Positions 1 to 11,199 of a stretch of 64,000 nucleotides of DNA are shown here, in pieces. A program made the translations under genes and the position numbers. How positions within the stretch are numbered: the stretch's first letter is position 1; every line of letters starts with the position of its first letter. This DNA comes from Epithemia pelagica (lineage: Eukaryota; Protista; Bacillariophyta). The stretch covers positions 2,976,001 through 3,040,000 of the forward strand of contig OX337238.1 of assembly GCA_946965045.2 (NCBI GenBank), given 5' to 3'. The notes under the pieces are model-generated. The model ran no database searches, was not told the DNA's origin, and saw only the letters and a program-made list of their open reading frames with translations.

Positions 1-780
1 GAATCCAATCGTTGGTGGTTTCGAGTGATGGACGACGACAAGACGGTTGCTACGTTGGGAACAATCGTTGGTGTCACGTGATTGTCGTTGATGTTGTTTG
101 GAGGGTCTTGCAGTTGAAGTGGTGGTGGTGGTGCAAGAGACCCACTGTCAACTGCACCATCATTACCCCACTCTGGCCGAACGTGACTCAGCTCCTGGTC
201 CAGGTGGTTGTTGTCCTCTCGAACCTAGGAGTGCGTTTTTTGCTTGTCCACTCTTATTGCGGGTAACACGATCATCTTTCGTAGTAGTTTGTCTTATTGA
301 TGGTTTGAGAAGAAAGGGGATACCGGGGCATTGCAATGGGTGGTGGTTTGTACCCTTTTCATCAAGTCCAAGGCTTTGTCTTGTTCTTGTTTCGTCGTTC
401 GACACAAGCGATCGACCTGGACTTGCTGTTGACGTGCCGTCATGTTTCTTCTTCCTGTCTTGGGTGATGGTGCTTCGTTTTTCGGTAGGAGTTCTTCTTC
501 TTTTAGTGGTTGTCCGTTCGGGCGGAGATGGGTCGTGAAATTGAGGAGAATGCTTTGCCGTTTGCTTGCTTCTTTGTTGTTGTGTACTACGACTTTGTAT
601 GGTTCATGATGGTCCTCTCTCTCTCTCTCTCTGTCCTCGTCGTCCTCCTTCGTCTTGTTACCAATGAGGAGCGTGTGTTGTCTTGAAAGTTGGGGAAGGA
701 GAACCCTTTGCCTGTTATAGTCCGTACAACAGTCGTACACTCCTTCATATGTGATAGCCCCAGACTCCAAGGACTTCACC
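1..780 (-). pseudogene. Relic of the low-complexity membrane-anchored family (paralogue of 30293-32941), cut by the window edge
   Basis: Minus-strand frames encode MTARQQQVQVDRLCRTTKQEQDKAL and THCNAPVSPF, matching MTVRQQQVQIDRLCRMTKQEHDKAL and THCNASASPF in the intact gene. Near-identical to 12176-12950. Reading frame is broken. Confidence 0.7.
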
Positions 781-983
781 CAAACGTGAAGTCTGTTGTT
801 TGGGGATATCTTTAATTGTTACTACAACTTTCTTGTTCTTTCCGGAACCAATGTCATTATTTGATGGTCTCTCTTTTTTCGTCCTCGTCTCTTTTCGACG
901 CCCTTTTACAGTTCGCATCGCAGTCCTACACCCTACACTAACTCCTGTACTCTGTACTACTTCTATCTCATTGGAATTGGAAG

Positions 984-1568
984 TAGTGTTGGGGGCAAGG
1001 TCTGGACGAGGGGGTCACGGGTCACGGGTCACGCTGAGTTAAGGGGTCACAAAAAATGACCCCCGGCATGCTCCTACGTGACCCTTTCGGCACCTCATGC
1101 AACATCAACACGTTAAGGACTTAGTAACATGTCTACAAGAAAAATGGACTCCTCTTCTTCTTCATTGGGACCAATAGTAGCTGTAGCATGTGCACTCCTG
1201 GGGTTCCACTTGATCCAGCAACCTCTCTATCCATTATCTCCTTCAAGACTGACAAGTCGAACATTTGGCGAACGAATGGCTGGTTATTACCTATTATTGG
1301 AAGAGGAAGTGGTGGTCCCTCGACTTGTGTTCTAGGTAGACTTGATTCTCATTCAAGAGAGGCTCCAGTGGATCATCACTGTCATGTTCTGTTACTGTCT
1401 GTCGAACTCGACCTCAAAGTCAACATCATCAACATAAATGGTCGCTTAACAGTCGCTTTTAATCGTTCGGCATGCCCCGTCTATATTTTGCAATGACGGG
1501 CACAGGGTCACGGGTCATGGGGGCATGCACCTTTTCGGCATGCCCCATGCCGAATGCCCACAACACTA
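984..1568. mobile_element. Non-autonomous hAT-type DNA transposon (MITE), 585 bp
   Basis: 14-bp TIRs: TAGTGTTGGGGGCA (984-997) and TGCCCACAACACTA (1555-1568), 13/14 match. Perfect 8-bp TSD ATTGGAAG (976-983, 1569-1576). Subterminal GGGTCAC repeats. Empty paralogous site with a single ATTGGAAG at 36943-36950. Confidence 0.9.
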
Positions 1569-2029
1569 ATTGGAAGGCATCCGAGTCCCGAGTCCGAATT
1601 ACTATACTCGATTCCGATCCCGTCTGAGACGCCCGCGACTCGACATAAAAAATGAATCCCTGTCTGTCCGAGTCACGGATGTCACGGGCCAACAAAAAAA
1701 AGAGGCATTGTTATTTTCTCTGCTTTGGCCTGGTAGTCGCACTAAAGATCCACCATCCTTTTGTGTTGGCAGAATCACCATGACGACCTACGGACAAAAC
1801 GACGGCCCACACACATTCGCACACGTTTCCAGTGTGTTTGTTGTGTCAAGAATGATGATGATGATCGAGTGATGGCGGAAATCCTCCAGACACACTCACT
1901 CACTCCGATGAACAGCACTCTCCAAACGGCATGACGGATGATTTGCGCAGAGAATGGTTCCTTTTTTGGGAGGATGATGCCAGCCACGAAAGTCTCATCC
2001 TGTCGTAGTCCCTAGTCCCCGGAACCCTC

Positions 2030-3030
2030 GTTGCTGAATTTCGCGGGTCCTTTTTGGGCCACTATATAATACATGAGGATGATACCCAGCCCGAAACGCC
2101 GCCATGGAGCTCTACACCAGTCATCCTCGAACCAAACCAAAATAAAACAAAACCATGGAGCCGCATTCACAACCACCACAACCACAAGGACGAGGACTAC
2201 ACAATGCTGCTAATACAAAAGGCAGCAAGAGACTAGCATTCTACCATAACCATTGGCACTGTTTCGCAACGACTTGTTGAGTTGCGACACTGCTCGTGCC
2301 ACACAGTGAGGAGAGAACGAGCGATGATGAGGCTAATGATTGAACCATGAGCTCACAAAGAGAGAGCCAAAGTCGCTGTCTCAACGTGGAAGCTCCTAGC
2401 ATTTGTTGCATCTTTGCGTTTGCCAGTGTGGGACAACCGTGTGTGATCGATGATTGGATTGGAACCTATGGATTTGGCCCATTTCGTTGCGCATGGAGGA
2501 GGATAGAGCGTTTGGCTGTGATGCTGATGTATTGTACAAACAGCTAGAAGGAATTTGAAAAGTGCCTCAAGACTGTAACTGACAAGTACTGCTAACTTAC
2601 CAATATACAGTGGCAAAGGGGTTCCAGTGAGGCCACGCGTTCTTCGAAGTGGCAAAAGGGGTTTCAGTGAGGCCACGCGTTCTTCTAAATGGTCAGTGTA
2701 TTCGTGGAATCTCTGGATTTGTGCCGAAGCAGTTATTTTCGTGGATGGTTTTGGACCCGTTCATCTGTCCAAAGTCATCCGATCAATAAGAGAAGGATGG
2801 TTTTGGACGTGTTCATCTGTCCAAGGCCATCCATCCGAGGATATACGGCCATGATTCAAATCGCCGCGTAGAGGTGCGTCCGTCGTTGCTGCCGTCTTTG
2901 GTTCCTGCTTTGGTGTGAAACCAAAATATTCAGTCCATTTTGTTCGGAGTCCATTTTCGTATTTTTTTGAGGAGAAAGACGAAACTCTGAGGTCCATTCC
3001 TTGGTGTTGTCATAAAATCTGCAAGTACCA
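2030..3030. repeat. Segmental duplicate of ~37720-38679 (upstream flank of K1 and K7)
   Basis: Near-identical sequence; short ORF translations recur (2347-2547 and 38029-38229). Confidence 0.85.
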
Positions 3031-4199
3031 TGACGACTACACAGCAACAGCATGCAAACCAATCTGGGCTTGCCTTTCTCAACATTAATAATAACAGTAA
3101 CGAGCCACATTGGAATACCAGTGACTGGCCAACCCTTTTGGGTGGGTGGCGTTATTCGCATGCATCGGCTGTGCTCGACCATCCCGACCAGGATAACACT
3201 GCACAGACGGTTGTTGTTTTGGGAGGATACAAACAAGGTCAAGGCTTTACCAACTCAGTTCTGCTGATGAATCTGGCAGAAAAAACTAAGCAATGGCGCG
3301 AAGGACCGCCATTAAATCGCAACCGAGCCTATCATGCTGCGGTGATTTGTAACGGAGGAGTTTACGTTATCGGAGGACACAATAGAAGTTCACGTTTGGA
3401 TAGTATCGAACGGATTGATGTCGAAAATTTGTGTTCCGAATCCAAGGAAAGCTCTACCAGCAACCAATGGAAGACTGTGACTTGTCGATTATCTACGAGA
3501 AGAAATGAATGTTCGGCTGTTGTCGTGCACAATCGCTATATTGTCGTGATCGGTGGATCCAACGGAAACTTATTGTCGTCGGTTGATATAATCGATACAG
3601 CTATCGCAAGCAACCACACTGTGATTGTGGGACCATCCATGTCAGTTCCTTGTTGTGGTTGTGCAAGTGCTGTCATTGGTGATCGCATTTTTGTCGTTGG
3701 AGGCTACAATGGGCACAATGCAGAAGACATCAAATCAGTGGACTACTTGGAGATTCCTGATCCTTCAGGCAATGAGACAATGACCACAGTAGGTGCAGTG
3801 TTTCCATCTTCATGCCGTTGGACACGTCATGACCAACTCAATCTTTCCATCCAACGGTGGTTTCATGCAGTTGTAGCTGTTGGATCATGTCTGATTGTTA
3901 TGGGTGGTCGCTTAGCAGCGGACACTGCAGAAGTCTTGGATACTCGCCGAAACACACTTTCGACCTTACCCCAATTAACAGGGTCACGTTATTCATGCAG
4001 TGCTGTGGTTCACTCGAGGGGAATTGCTGTGATTAGTGGATATGACAATACTTCTTGCGCGACACTCTCCTTGGTTGACAAGAATACGTGGTGTTTTCGT
4101 CGACTCACGGAGCAGGCGCCGAGTACAATCTTTGGGTCAAGAACAGACTCACTGCGATCTTCTCCAGGGCCTACTACATCATGGAAGGAGTCCGGTTAG
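3030..4199 (+). CDS. Stand-alone Kelch-repeat beta-propeller protein K1 (389 aa)
   Basis: Six GG-containing Kelch blades (VVVLGG, VYVIGG, IVVIGG, IFVVGG, LIVMGG, IAVISG) with W/R-x-H motifs; ACCATG start; no introns. Confidence 0.9.
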   Translation: MTTTQQQHANQSGLAFLNINNNSNEPHWNTSDWPTLLGGWRYSHASAVLDHPDQDNTAQTVVVLGGYKQGQGFTNSVLLMNLAEKTKQWREGPPLNRNRAYHAAVICNGGVYVIGGHNRSSRLDSIERIDVENLCSESKESSTSNQWKTVTCRLSTRRNECSAVVVHNRYIVVIGGSNGNLLSSVDIIDTAIASNHTVIVGPSMSVPCCGCASAVIGDRIFVVGGYNGHNAEDIKSVDYLEIPDPSGNETMTTVGAVFPSSCRWTRHDQLNLSIQRWFHAVVAVGSCLIVMGGRLAADTAEVLDTRRNTLSTLPQLTGSRYSCSAVVHSRGIAVISGYDNTSCATLSLVDKNTWCFRRLTEQAPSTIFGSRTDSLRSSPGPTTSWKESG

Positions 4200-4759
4200 C
4201 GCCGTAAGAAGAAGTTATCAACTGGGAAAACTGAGACGTAAAAAGTGTTAATTGAGAAATATAAATACTATGATTTAAACTCAGTCATTTACCAACATTC
4301 TGGGAGAAATGCACTCCACGTTGTGTAACACAAACGTGCGAAAGCAAACATAGTTCTAGAGAGCTCACTTCAAGCAATCACTTCGTGATGTTGCTACGAT
4401 CCTGTGGCACAAGGAACGATCTGCTTTGTTGGACCCACTGCATTGAAGTGCATTGCAGAAGTCCCCGGAAAAGATTTTGTGCGTCCGGTCGGTTCTTCTC
4501 TAGATCTGATGCGTGTCCGCAGGTTTTGTGGAGGCCACTGTTCGACGCCCCACTTCGCCCGGCGTTGCGCCCGGGACGCGCCTGCGGATTCGCGCCATAA
4601 TTTTTTAAAATCCACGTTGTCATTGACAATGGGAAATGGGAGTGACAAAATGCCGTTCCGCTGTGGATTTGGCCATTGCAGCAATCTGTTTTGGATATCG
4701 TGTACGGGACGAGAAACTTGTTATGCAAGCCAGCAACAAGACGATCTGGAAGTGCTCTT

Positions 4760-5360
4760 AAATGGCCTCAAAGACTGAAAGGACAAATCAACTAACCAAG
4801 GTAGTAATAGGGAGACCACAATGGCGACAAGCCATGGGCAAGAAAACTCCAGCAGCAAAAGAAGGTCGTAACCACATAAAGGCCCAATTGAACATTCTCC
4901 TACGCCAGCACGACACCCTCTCCCGAATGATCAGGCTGCAGCAGTATAAACTGTTATCGGTCCATCTCCATCTCCTCTCACTTTCATCAGTTGGCATCTG
5001 ATGATGAATCCTGATCCATATCCTTTTCGTCTCTTGTTGGCAGAATCATCACCATCACAATGAACGAGACGGCCCACACATTTCGCACACGTACGTTTCC
5101 AGAGTGTTTGTGTCAAGGATGATGCTAATGACAATCCAGAATCCAGACACTTTCAAGGACCCACGACCAGGAGGACACTGCTACTGTCAAGCAAATGAGC
5201 CACAACCAGCCAGCATCACACATACCGCGGTTCCGGAACGAGGCGTGCTGCTGGAATGAGGGCGAGACCTCTCTTGTGTCATAGGAGTGCGGGTGAGAAC
5301 AATCGATTGTTAGAATAGGTTGGATAGATGCACTGCCGAGATTGTATTCACTTCTCCTAC
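4760..5360 (-). pseudogene. Degraded C-terminal (TM-region) relic of the low-complexity membrane-anchored family
   Basis: Minus frame QHASFRNRGMCDAGWLWLICLTVAV loosely aligns to KDASLERNSQWKSAVLVMLLWLVVVV of the intact gene. Related blocks at ~37100-37700, ~40920-41300, ~46380-47300 and ~58860-59500. Confidence 0.45.
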
Positions 5361-5533
5361 CAATGCTCCTTGTGCGACACTCTCCTTGGTTGACAAGAGT
5401 ACATGGTGTTTTTGCCAAGTATAATCGTTGGGTCAAGAACAGACTCACTGCGATCTACTCCAGGGCGTACTGCAACATGGAAGGAGTCTCATGAGCGCCC
5501 TAAGAAGAAGTCATCATCTGGCATAACTGAGAC
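5361..5533 (+). pseudogene. Solo 3' fragment of a Kelch gene with a small internal deletion
   Basis: CAATGCTCCTTGTGCGACACTCTCCTTGGTTGACAAG...GAGCGCCCTAAGAAGAAG matches K-gene 3' ends. The conserved 3' flank continues to ~5660. Confidence 0.85.
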
Positions 5534-5961
5534 GAGGAAAATGTCAATTGAGCAGTATAAATAGTAGGAGTGAAACGCAGTCATGACAATGAGGGTTCGA
5601 ACTGCTTTTGCTGTCAAGTGCATTTACAAACATGCTGGGAGAAATGTATTTTCCATAATGACTGGAACGTTCCATTTGCCAAACTTACGACAATGCGGCT
5701 ACAAAGGAACACGAAACCAGCAGCACAATTGACCAACAGCCCAACGAGCATACCGCTTTTGGGAGAAGGAAAAGGCGTTTGGCTGCGATGCTGGTGTATT
5801 GTGCAAAACAGCCAGAAGGAATCTGAAGCTTGGCCTGACTGGAACCCTTTTGCCACCGTATCATTGGAAGTGTTCGTCCGTTGCAGTCTTGAGGCCCTTT
5901 CCCCTCGAAATGGGATTGTCGGCGATCTTTGGTTTTGTGCGGGGGTGGCTTTTTCTTTCGT

Positions 5962-6084
5962 GGATGGTTTTGGACCCGTTCATCTGTCCAAGGCCATCCA
6001 TCCGAGAATGCAATGATTGAAATCGCCACCGTGGAGGTGCGTCCGTCGTTGCTGCTGTCTTTCGTTCCGGTTTTGGTGTATTAA
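5962..6084 (+). promoter_or_regulatory. Kelch leader: 14-bp hairpin (5962-5999) plus 23-codon uORF (6013-6084)
   Basis: GGATGGTTTTGGAC-10 nt-GTCCAAGGCCATCC; uORF MIEIATVEVRPSLLLSFVPVLVY*. Confidence 0.5.
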
Positions 6085-6182
6085 AAAAAATATTCAGTCC
6101 ATCTCGTTCGGAGTCCATTTTCGTATTGTTTTGAAGAGAAAGACGAAGGTCTGAGGTCAATTCCTGCGAGTTTGCAAGTACT

Positions 6183-7393
6183 ATGACGATGGAACTGCAA
6201 CAGCAAGCAAAGCAATCTGGGCTTGCCTTTTTGGACAGTGACAATGACAGTCTTACGCCTCATTGGAATACCAATGACTGGCCTGCCCTTTTAGGTGGGT
6301 GGCGTGAGTATCATGCTTCAGTCGTGCTCGACCATCCCGAACCGGATGACAGGGCACAGACGGTTGTTGTTTTGGGAGGGAAGAAAAAAATCAAGGGTTG
6401 ACCAACTCAGTTCAGCTGATGAATTTGGCAGAAGAAAATAAGCAATGGCGGGAAGGACCGCCGTTGAACAGCAACCGAGCCTATCATGCTGCGGTGGTTT
6501 GTAGTGGAGGAGTTTACGTGATAGGAGGAGACAGTGGAAGTTCACGCTTGGATAGTATCGAACGGATTGATGTTCAAAAGTTGTATTCCGAATCCATGGA
6601 AAGTTCTACCAGCAACCAATGGACGACTCTGACTTGTCGATTGTTGACGGCAAGAGATGAATGTTCGGCTGTTGTCGTGCACAATCGCTATTTTGTCGTG
6701 ATCGGTGGATCCAACGGAAACTTTTTGTCGTCGGTTGATATAATCGATACAGCTGCGCCAAGCAACCACACTGTGATTGTGGGACCATCCATGACAGTTC
6801 CTCGTTGTGGTTGTGCAAGTGCTGTCATTGGTGATCGCATTTTTGTTGTTGGAGGCTGCAATGGGCACTCTGGAGAAGATCTCAAATCAGTGGAGTACTT
6901 GGAGATTCATGAACCTCCAGGCAATGAGACAATGACCACAGCAGGTGCAGTGTTTCCATCCTCATGCCGTTGGACACGTCATGACCAGCTTGAGCTTTGC
7001 ATGTCACGCTGTCAGCATGCAGTTGTAGCTGTAGGATCATGTCTGATTGTTATGGGAGGCTACTTTGGCGTGGACACTGCAGAAGTCTTGGATACTCGCC
7101 GAAACGCTGTGTGGACCTTTCCCCAATTATCAGGGCCGCGTTATATCTCCGATGCAGTGGTTCACTCGAGGGGAATTGCTGTGATTAGTGGAGATGACAA
7201 TGCTTCTTGTGCGACACTATCGTTGTTTGACAAGAATTCGTGGTATTTTTGTCGACTCAGTGAGCAGCCGCCGAGTACAATCTTTGGGACCAGAACAGAC
7301 TCACTGCGATCTGCTCTGGAAGCTACTACAGTATTGAAGGAGTCTGGTGAGCGCCCTAAGAAGATGTTATCAACTGGCAAAACTGAAACGTAG
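6183..7393 (+). pseudogene. Kelch paralogue K2, 1-nt frameshift at ~6385-6400
   Basis: ORFs 6183-6401 and 6398-7393 join into a full-length Kelch protein. One base is missing in an A7 run relative to paralogues, so this may be a sequencing error. Confidence 0.8.
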
Positions 7394-7399
7394 AAAGTG

Positions 7400-9370
7400 T
7401 TAATTGAGAAATACAGGTACTAGTAGTAAAACATAGTGATGCGAATGAGTTCTATAGGGTTGCTGTTTTCTGCACCGTCTTGTCCTCGTGTTGGCGAAAA
7501 AAGTGGTAGTGGTGTATGGCCTGAAGCTGTCCTTGGCTTTTGTTGCAACGATAATCCGTTTTTGAACTCGGCCCCTATACATTGCATCGCAAAAATCACC
7601 ACACCAATGGATACGAAATGCTCATCCTTTCCAACGCTGTGCTGCTGCTCAATTCGGTTTGCGCAAAGAAGCAATCGTAATACTTTCTGCGTTCATTATC
7701 ACTGTCCGACAAAAATCCTGAACACTTTTCTCAAGACTCATTGTTAAAGGTCCAATGCTGTTGTGTTTTCGCAGCTGCCGGCATCAAGTCAGTGAGCAAA
7801 GAAACTGGTCTGCAGACAAGTATGGCATTCCTGGTCGCAAAGCAACCTTTCTTCTAGTATACGGGACGAGAAAGCGAACGAACCCGACCAAAGTTGACAG
7901 AAAGATGTTATCCACATGTCAAGGATCGGCTCGTTTGAGTCAAACTAAAAGTTGACAGAAAGATGTTATCCACATGTCAAGGATCGGCTCGTTTGAGTCA
8001 AACTACTAGTGTTCGCAAAGGGAGGTTGGATATTCCAGAATGACAACTGGCACCCGAGTTGGCTATTGTGAATGCAACTGGCCCTTGTCGTGATGCAAGT
8101 CGTGAACAAACCGTAATAGCATGCCTCCAGTTGTCGCCTTGATGAACTAGAGTTGGTGACCCCACTCTTCAACTCCATGTGACAAAAGATCGTAACGCCG
8201 AACCGTTGGTCTTTTTGTATCAAGGGGCCTTTCAGGCATGTCACTACGTGGAACGAGAGGTGAACCACACATCAGTGTTTGCAGGGGCGGGCAGTCGAGA
8301 ACAACACCAAGGCATCGTTTTCCCGAATTCGAGCAACCAGACAGAGTGTCCAAACACTTTTATGTGTTGACCAATTGACACGACGCCATCACCAACGCCA
8401 CGATACGTTGTCCTGGTCGAATGCAAGCCTGGGAAAGTATAGCGAGGCAGGGGGTTCCGAAACTTGGGGGGTTCTAAAGGCGTCATGGTGAAGAGTCGTG
8501 TAGGTGAACAGATGCTGGATTCATGAAGTGGTCTGTCTATTTGGGAATGGAAGGCACCAATGACCAATGAGGGTATTGTTGTGTGCTGTTCGTATACTTG
8601 GTGGCCGTCAATTTGGAGCGATTCGAGGCGCACTGGTCAAACACGACATCAAACTACAAAAGAATCAAACAACACTTAATGAGAGAGTACATTCCACAAC
8701 CAAACCACCGAACCGTGAATTGGATTTCTTGGCCGTACCTATCGACAAGAGCCAAACCAAACAGGGCGACGATGTGAAAGGGAGAAAATGGCTCTGTGAA
8801 CGAGTTTCCGTGGAAACAACCCAATACGAGTGTCGAGAATGCACGCCAGAGACGAGACTGTTCGAGTATACTTCTCTGTTCGTTTTGGTCCTCTTCCAGC
8901 TCCCATTCATCGTGGTCTGTGCACAATCAGCAAAAATTGTAACCACCACTACCATCGCAACGAGAGACCAACGAAGTCAACAAACATCAAGTGATAATTG
9001 TGTCACCGCCTTTCGGCATTCCTCTCATGGATGCAACATTCCGTCTCTCTGATCTCTCTCATAATATCTCTTCAAAGAAAAAGCGCGCGTACGCGCCGAC
9101 CGGCCGCATGCCGACCGAAGATTCCCGTAAAAACTCAAAAAGTGTCTTGGAATCCGTGCGACTGATCATTCGTTCACGCGGGATCCAAACCGAAGCTTTT
9201 CATTTTCTTTCGAAAAATCGAGACCAAACGACAGAAAGAAGAAGACTCTTGCTGTCAACCACAAGTCCATGTCGTCGAAGCCTTTGATGCTTTGTTGTGA
9301 TGCTCTTCCAGAGTAAAGAAAGATTTTATTATGGGTATTTGCCCTGAGGTATTTGTGCCGGTTGCATCTA
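7400..9370. repeat. Segmental duplicate of ~49050-50760 (spacer between K2-K3 and between K9-K10)
   Basis: Long near-identical non-coding stretch. The same 129-aa antisense ORF appears at 8244-8633 and 49647-50036. Confidence 0.85.
7890..8005. repeat. 58-bp direct tandem duplication
   Basis: AAAGTTGACAGAAAGATG...GAGTCAAACTA at 7890 and 7948, inside a ~260-bp block absent from the paralogous segment at ~49378. Confidence 0.9.
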
Positions 9371-9765
9371 TATGATTCTTCGTGTCGCTTCCCCAGGCCC
9401 GGTGCCAATTTCAAGTGATCTCGAAAGGAGGTTCGAAGGTCTTCTAGAATTGGATTGTCAGCGTGTTCGTGGAATCTCTGGTTTTGAGCCCGGGTCGCTT
9501 TTTCTGTTTTTCGTGGATGGTTTTGGACCCGTTCATCTGTCCAAGGCCATCCATCCGATGAATGATTGAAATCGCTGCTGTGGAGGTGCGTCCGTCGTTG
9601 CTGCCGTCTTTCGTTCCAGTTTTGGACAGAATATTCAGTCCAACCACGTCCATCTCTCTGCCGTTTGTCATTCAAGGCCGGCGGAGGCCACATTGTAGTA
9701 TTTTCTGTGGTTTCGAGAAGAAAGACGATCCATACCTTGGTGTTGTCATAAAATCTGCATGTACC

Positions 9766-10938
9766 ATGACGACAACACTGCATCAGCAAGCACAACAATC
9801 TGGGCTTGCCTTTCTCGAAATTCATCATAACAGTAACGAGCCACATTGGAATGTCAATGACTGGCCTCCCGTTTTGGGTGGATGGCGTGTTCGGCATGCA
9901 TCGGTTGTGCTCGACCATCCGGAACAGGAAGGCAATGCACAGACGGTTGTAGTACTGGGAGGAAAACAATGTCCAGACTACACCAACTCAGTTCTGCTGA
10001 TGAATTTGGCACAAGAAACTAGGCGATGGCGTGAAGGACCTCCGTTGAACAACAACAGAGCCTATCATGCTGCGGTGGTTTGTCGCGGAGGAGTTTACGT
10101 GATTGGAGGAGACAATGGAAGCTCAGACTTGGATTGTATCGAGCGGATTGATGTTGGAAATTTGTGTTCACAATCAATGGAAAGCGCTCCCAGCAACCAA
10201 TGGACGACCCTGACTTGTCGATTGTCTACGTCGAGAAAAGGATGTACGGCTGTTGCCGTTCACAATCGCTATATTGTCGTCATTGGTGGATCCAACGGAT
10301 GCCTTTTGTCGTCGGTTGATATAATCGATACAGCCATCACAAGCAACCACACCGTGATTGTGGGACCATCCATGACAGTTCCTCGGTCTGGTTCTGCAAG
10401 TGCTGTCATTGGTGATCGCATTTTTGTTGTTGGAGGCCTCACTGGGTATAATTTAGAAGATCTCAAATCAGTGGAGTACGTGGAGATTCCTGATCCTTCA
10501 GGCAATGAGACAATGGCCACAGCAGGTGCAGCGTTTCCATCCTCATTTCGTTGGACACTTCATCACAAGCTCAAGCTTTCCATCCTCCCGACTAGACATG
10601 CAGTTGTAGCTGTTGGATCATGTCTGATTGTTATGGGAGGTTCTGTTGATGTCTTGGATACTCGACGAAACACAGTGTGGACCTTTCCCCCATCAACAGG
10701 TTACCGTTGTGCCTACAGTGCTGTGGTTCACTCGAGGGGAATAGCTGTGATTGGTGGAAATGGCAATGCTGCTTGTGCGACACTCTCCTTGGTTGACAAG
10801 AATACGTGGTGTTTTCGTCGACTCATTGAGCAGGTGCCGAGTACAATCTTTGGGACAAGAACAAACTCACTTCCATCTGCTCCGAAACGCACTACACCAT
10901 CGAACGAGCTAACCAGAGATGAAGACAATGTCAATTGA
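9766..10938 (+). CDS. Kelch paralogue K3 (390 aa; open in frame upstream to 9562)
   Basis: Six Kelch blades; ACCATG at 9766 is homologous to the other K starts. Confidence 0.9.
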   Translation: MTTTLHQQAQQSGLAFLEIHHNSNEPHWNVNDWPPVLGGWRVRHASVVLDHPEQEGNAQTVVVLGGKQCPDYTNSVLLMNLAQETRRWREGPPLNNNRAYHAAVVCRGGVYVIGGDNGSSDLDCIERIDVGNLCSQSMESAPSNQWTTLTCRLSTSRKGCTAVAVHNRYIVVIGGSNGCLLSSVDIIDTAITSNHTVIVGPSMTVPRSGSASAVIGDRIFVVGGLTGYNLEDLKSVEYVEIPDPSGNETMATAGAAFPSSFRWTLHHKLKLSILPTRHAVVAVGSCLIVMGGSVDVLDTRRNTVWTFPPSTGYRCAYSAVVHSRGIAVIGGNGNAACATLSLVDKNTWCFRRLIEQVPSTIFGTRTNSLPSAPKRTTPSNELTRDEDNVN

Positions 10939-11199
10939 GACATAAAAATACCAGGAGTATGACGCAGTCATGAGAATGAGAGTTCGAAGTGCTTGCTGTT
11001 CTTCCTGAGAAGAAGACGCGTTTACAAACATGCTGGGAGTGTACGTTGTGTAACACAAACGAACGACAGCAAACATATAGTTAGAACTCACCTCAAGTAA
11101 TCACTTTGTGTTGTTGGTACGATCTTTTGTAGCACAAGGAACGATTCATGTGGGCTGGTCATAGCACAAGTGGAAGAAAAAACAGTCGGTCTACTCTTG

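Noticed and set aside
4040-4125. BC-box/SOCS-box in the conserved Kelch tail TLSLVDKNTWCFRRL
   Set aside because: The Leu-to-Cys spacing does not fit [STP]LxxxCxxx-hydrophobic.
2030-4500. Kelch modules as TIR/LTR transposons or retrocopies
   Set aside because: No shared termini, TSDs, poly-A tails or transposase/RT found. Shared upstream flanks favour DNA-level segmental duplication.
6542-7380. Recurrent antisense ORFs within Kelch genes
   Set aside because: Shadows of the conserved sense-strand codons, with variable starts and stops.
7751-8017. Helitron-like insertion (TC...CTAG)
   Set aside because: Not inserted at an A/T site, no 3' hairpin, and only 5-bp AAAGG microhomology. It could equally be a deletion in the other copy.
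8244-8633. 129-aa minus ORF repeated at 49647-50036, and the overlapping + ORF 8567-9052 with a CxxC-like end
   Set aside because: Conservation is explained by recent segmental duplication. No recognisable domain, and the + ORF is truncated in the second copy.
9562-9765. N-terminal extensions of K3 and K5 as the canonical start
   Set aside because: The homologous region is closed by stops or frameshifts in other paralogues, and the conserved ACCATG lies downstream. Kept only as part of the uORF finding.
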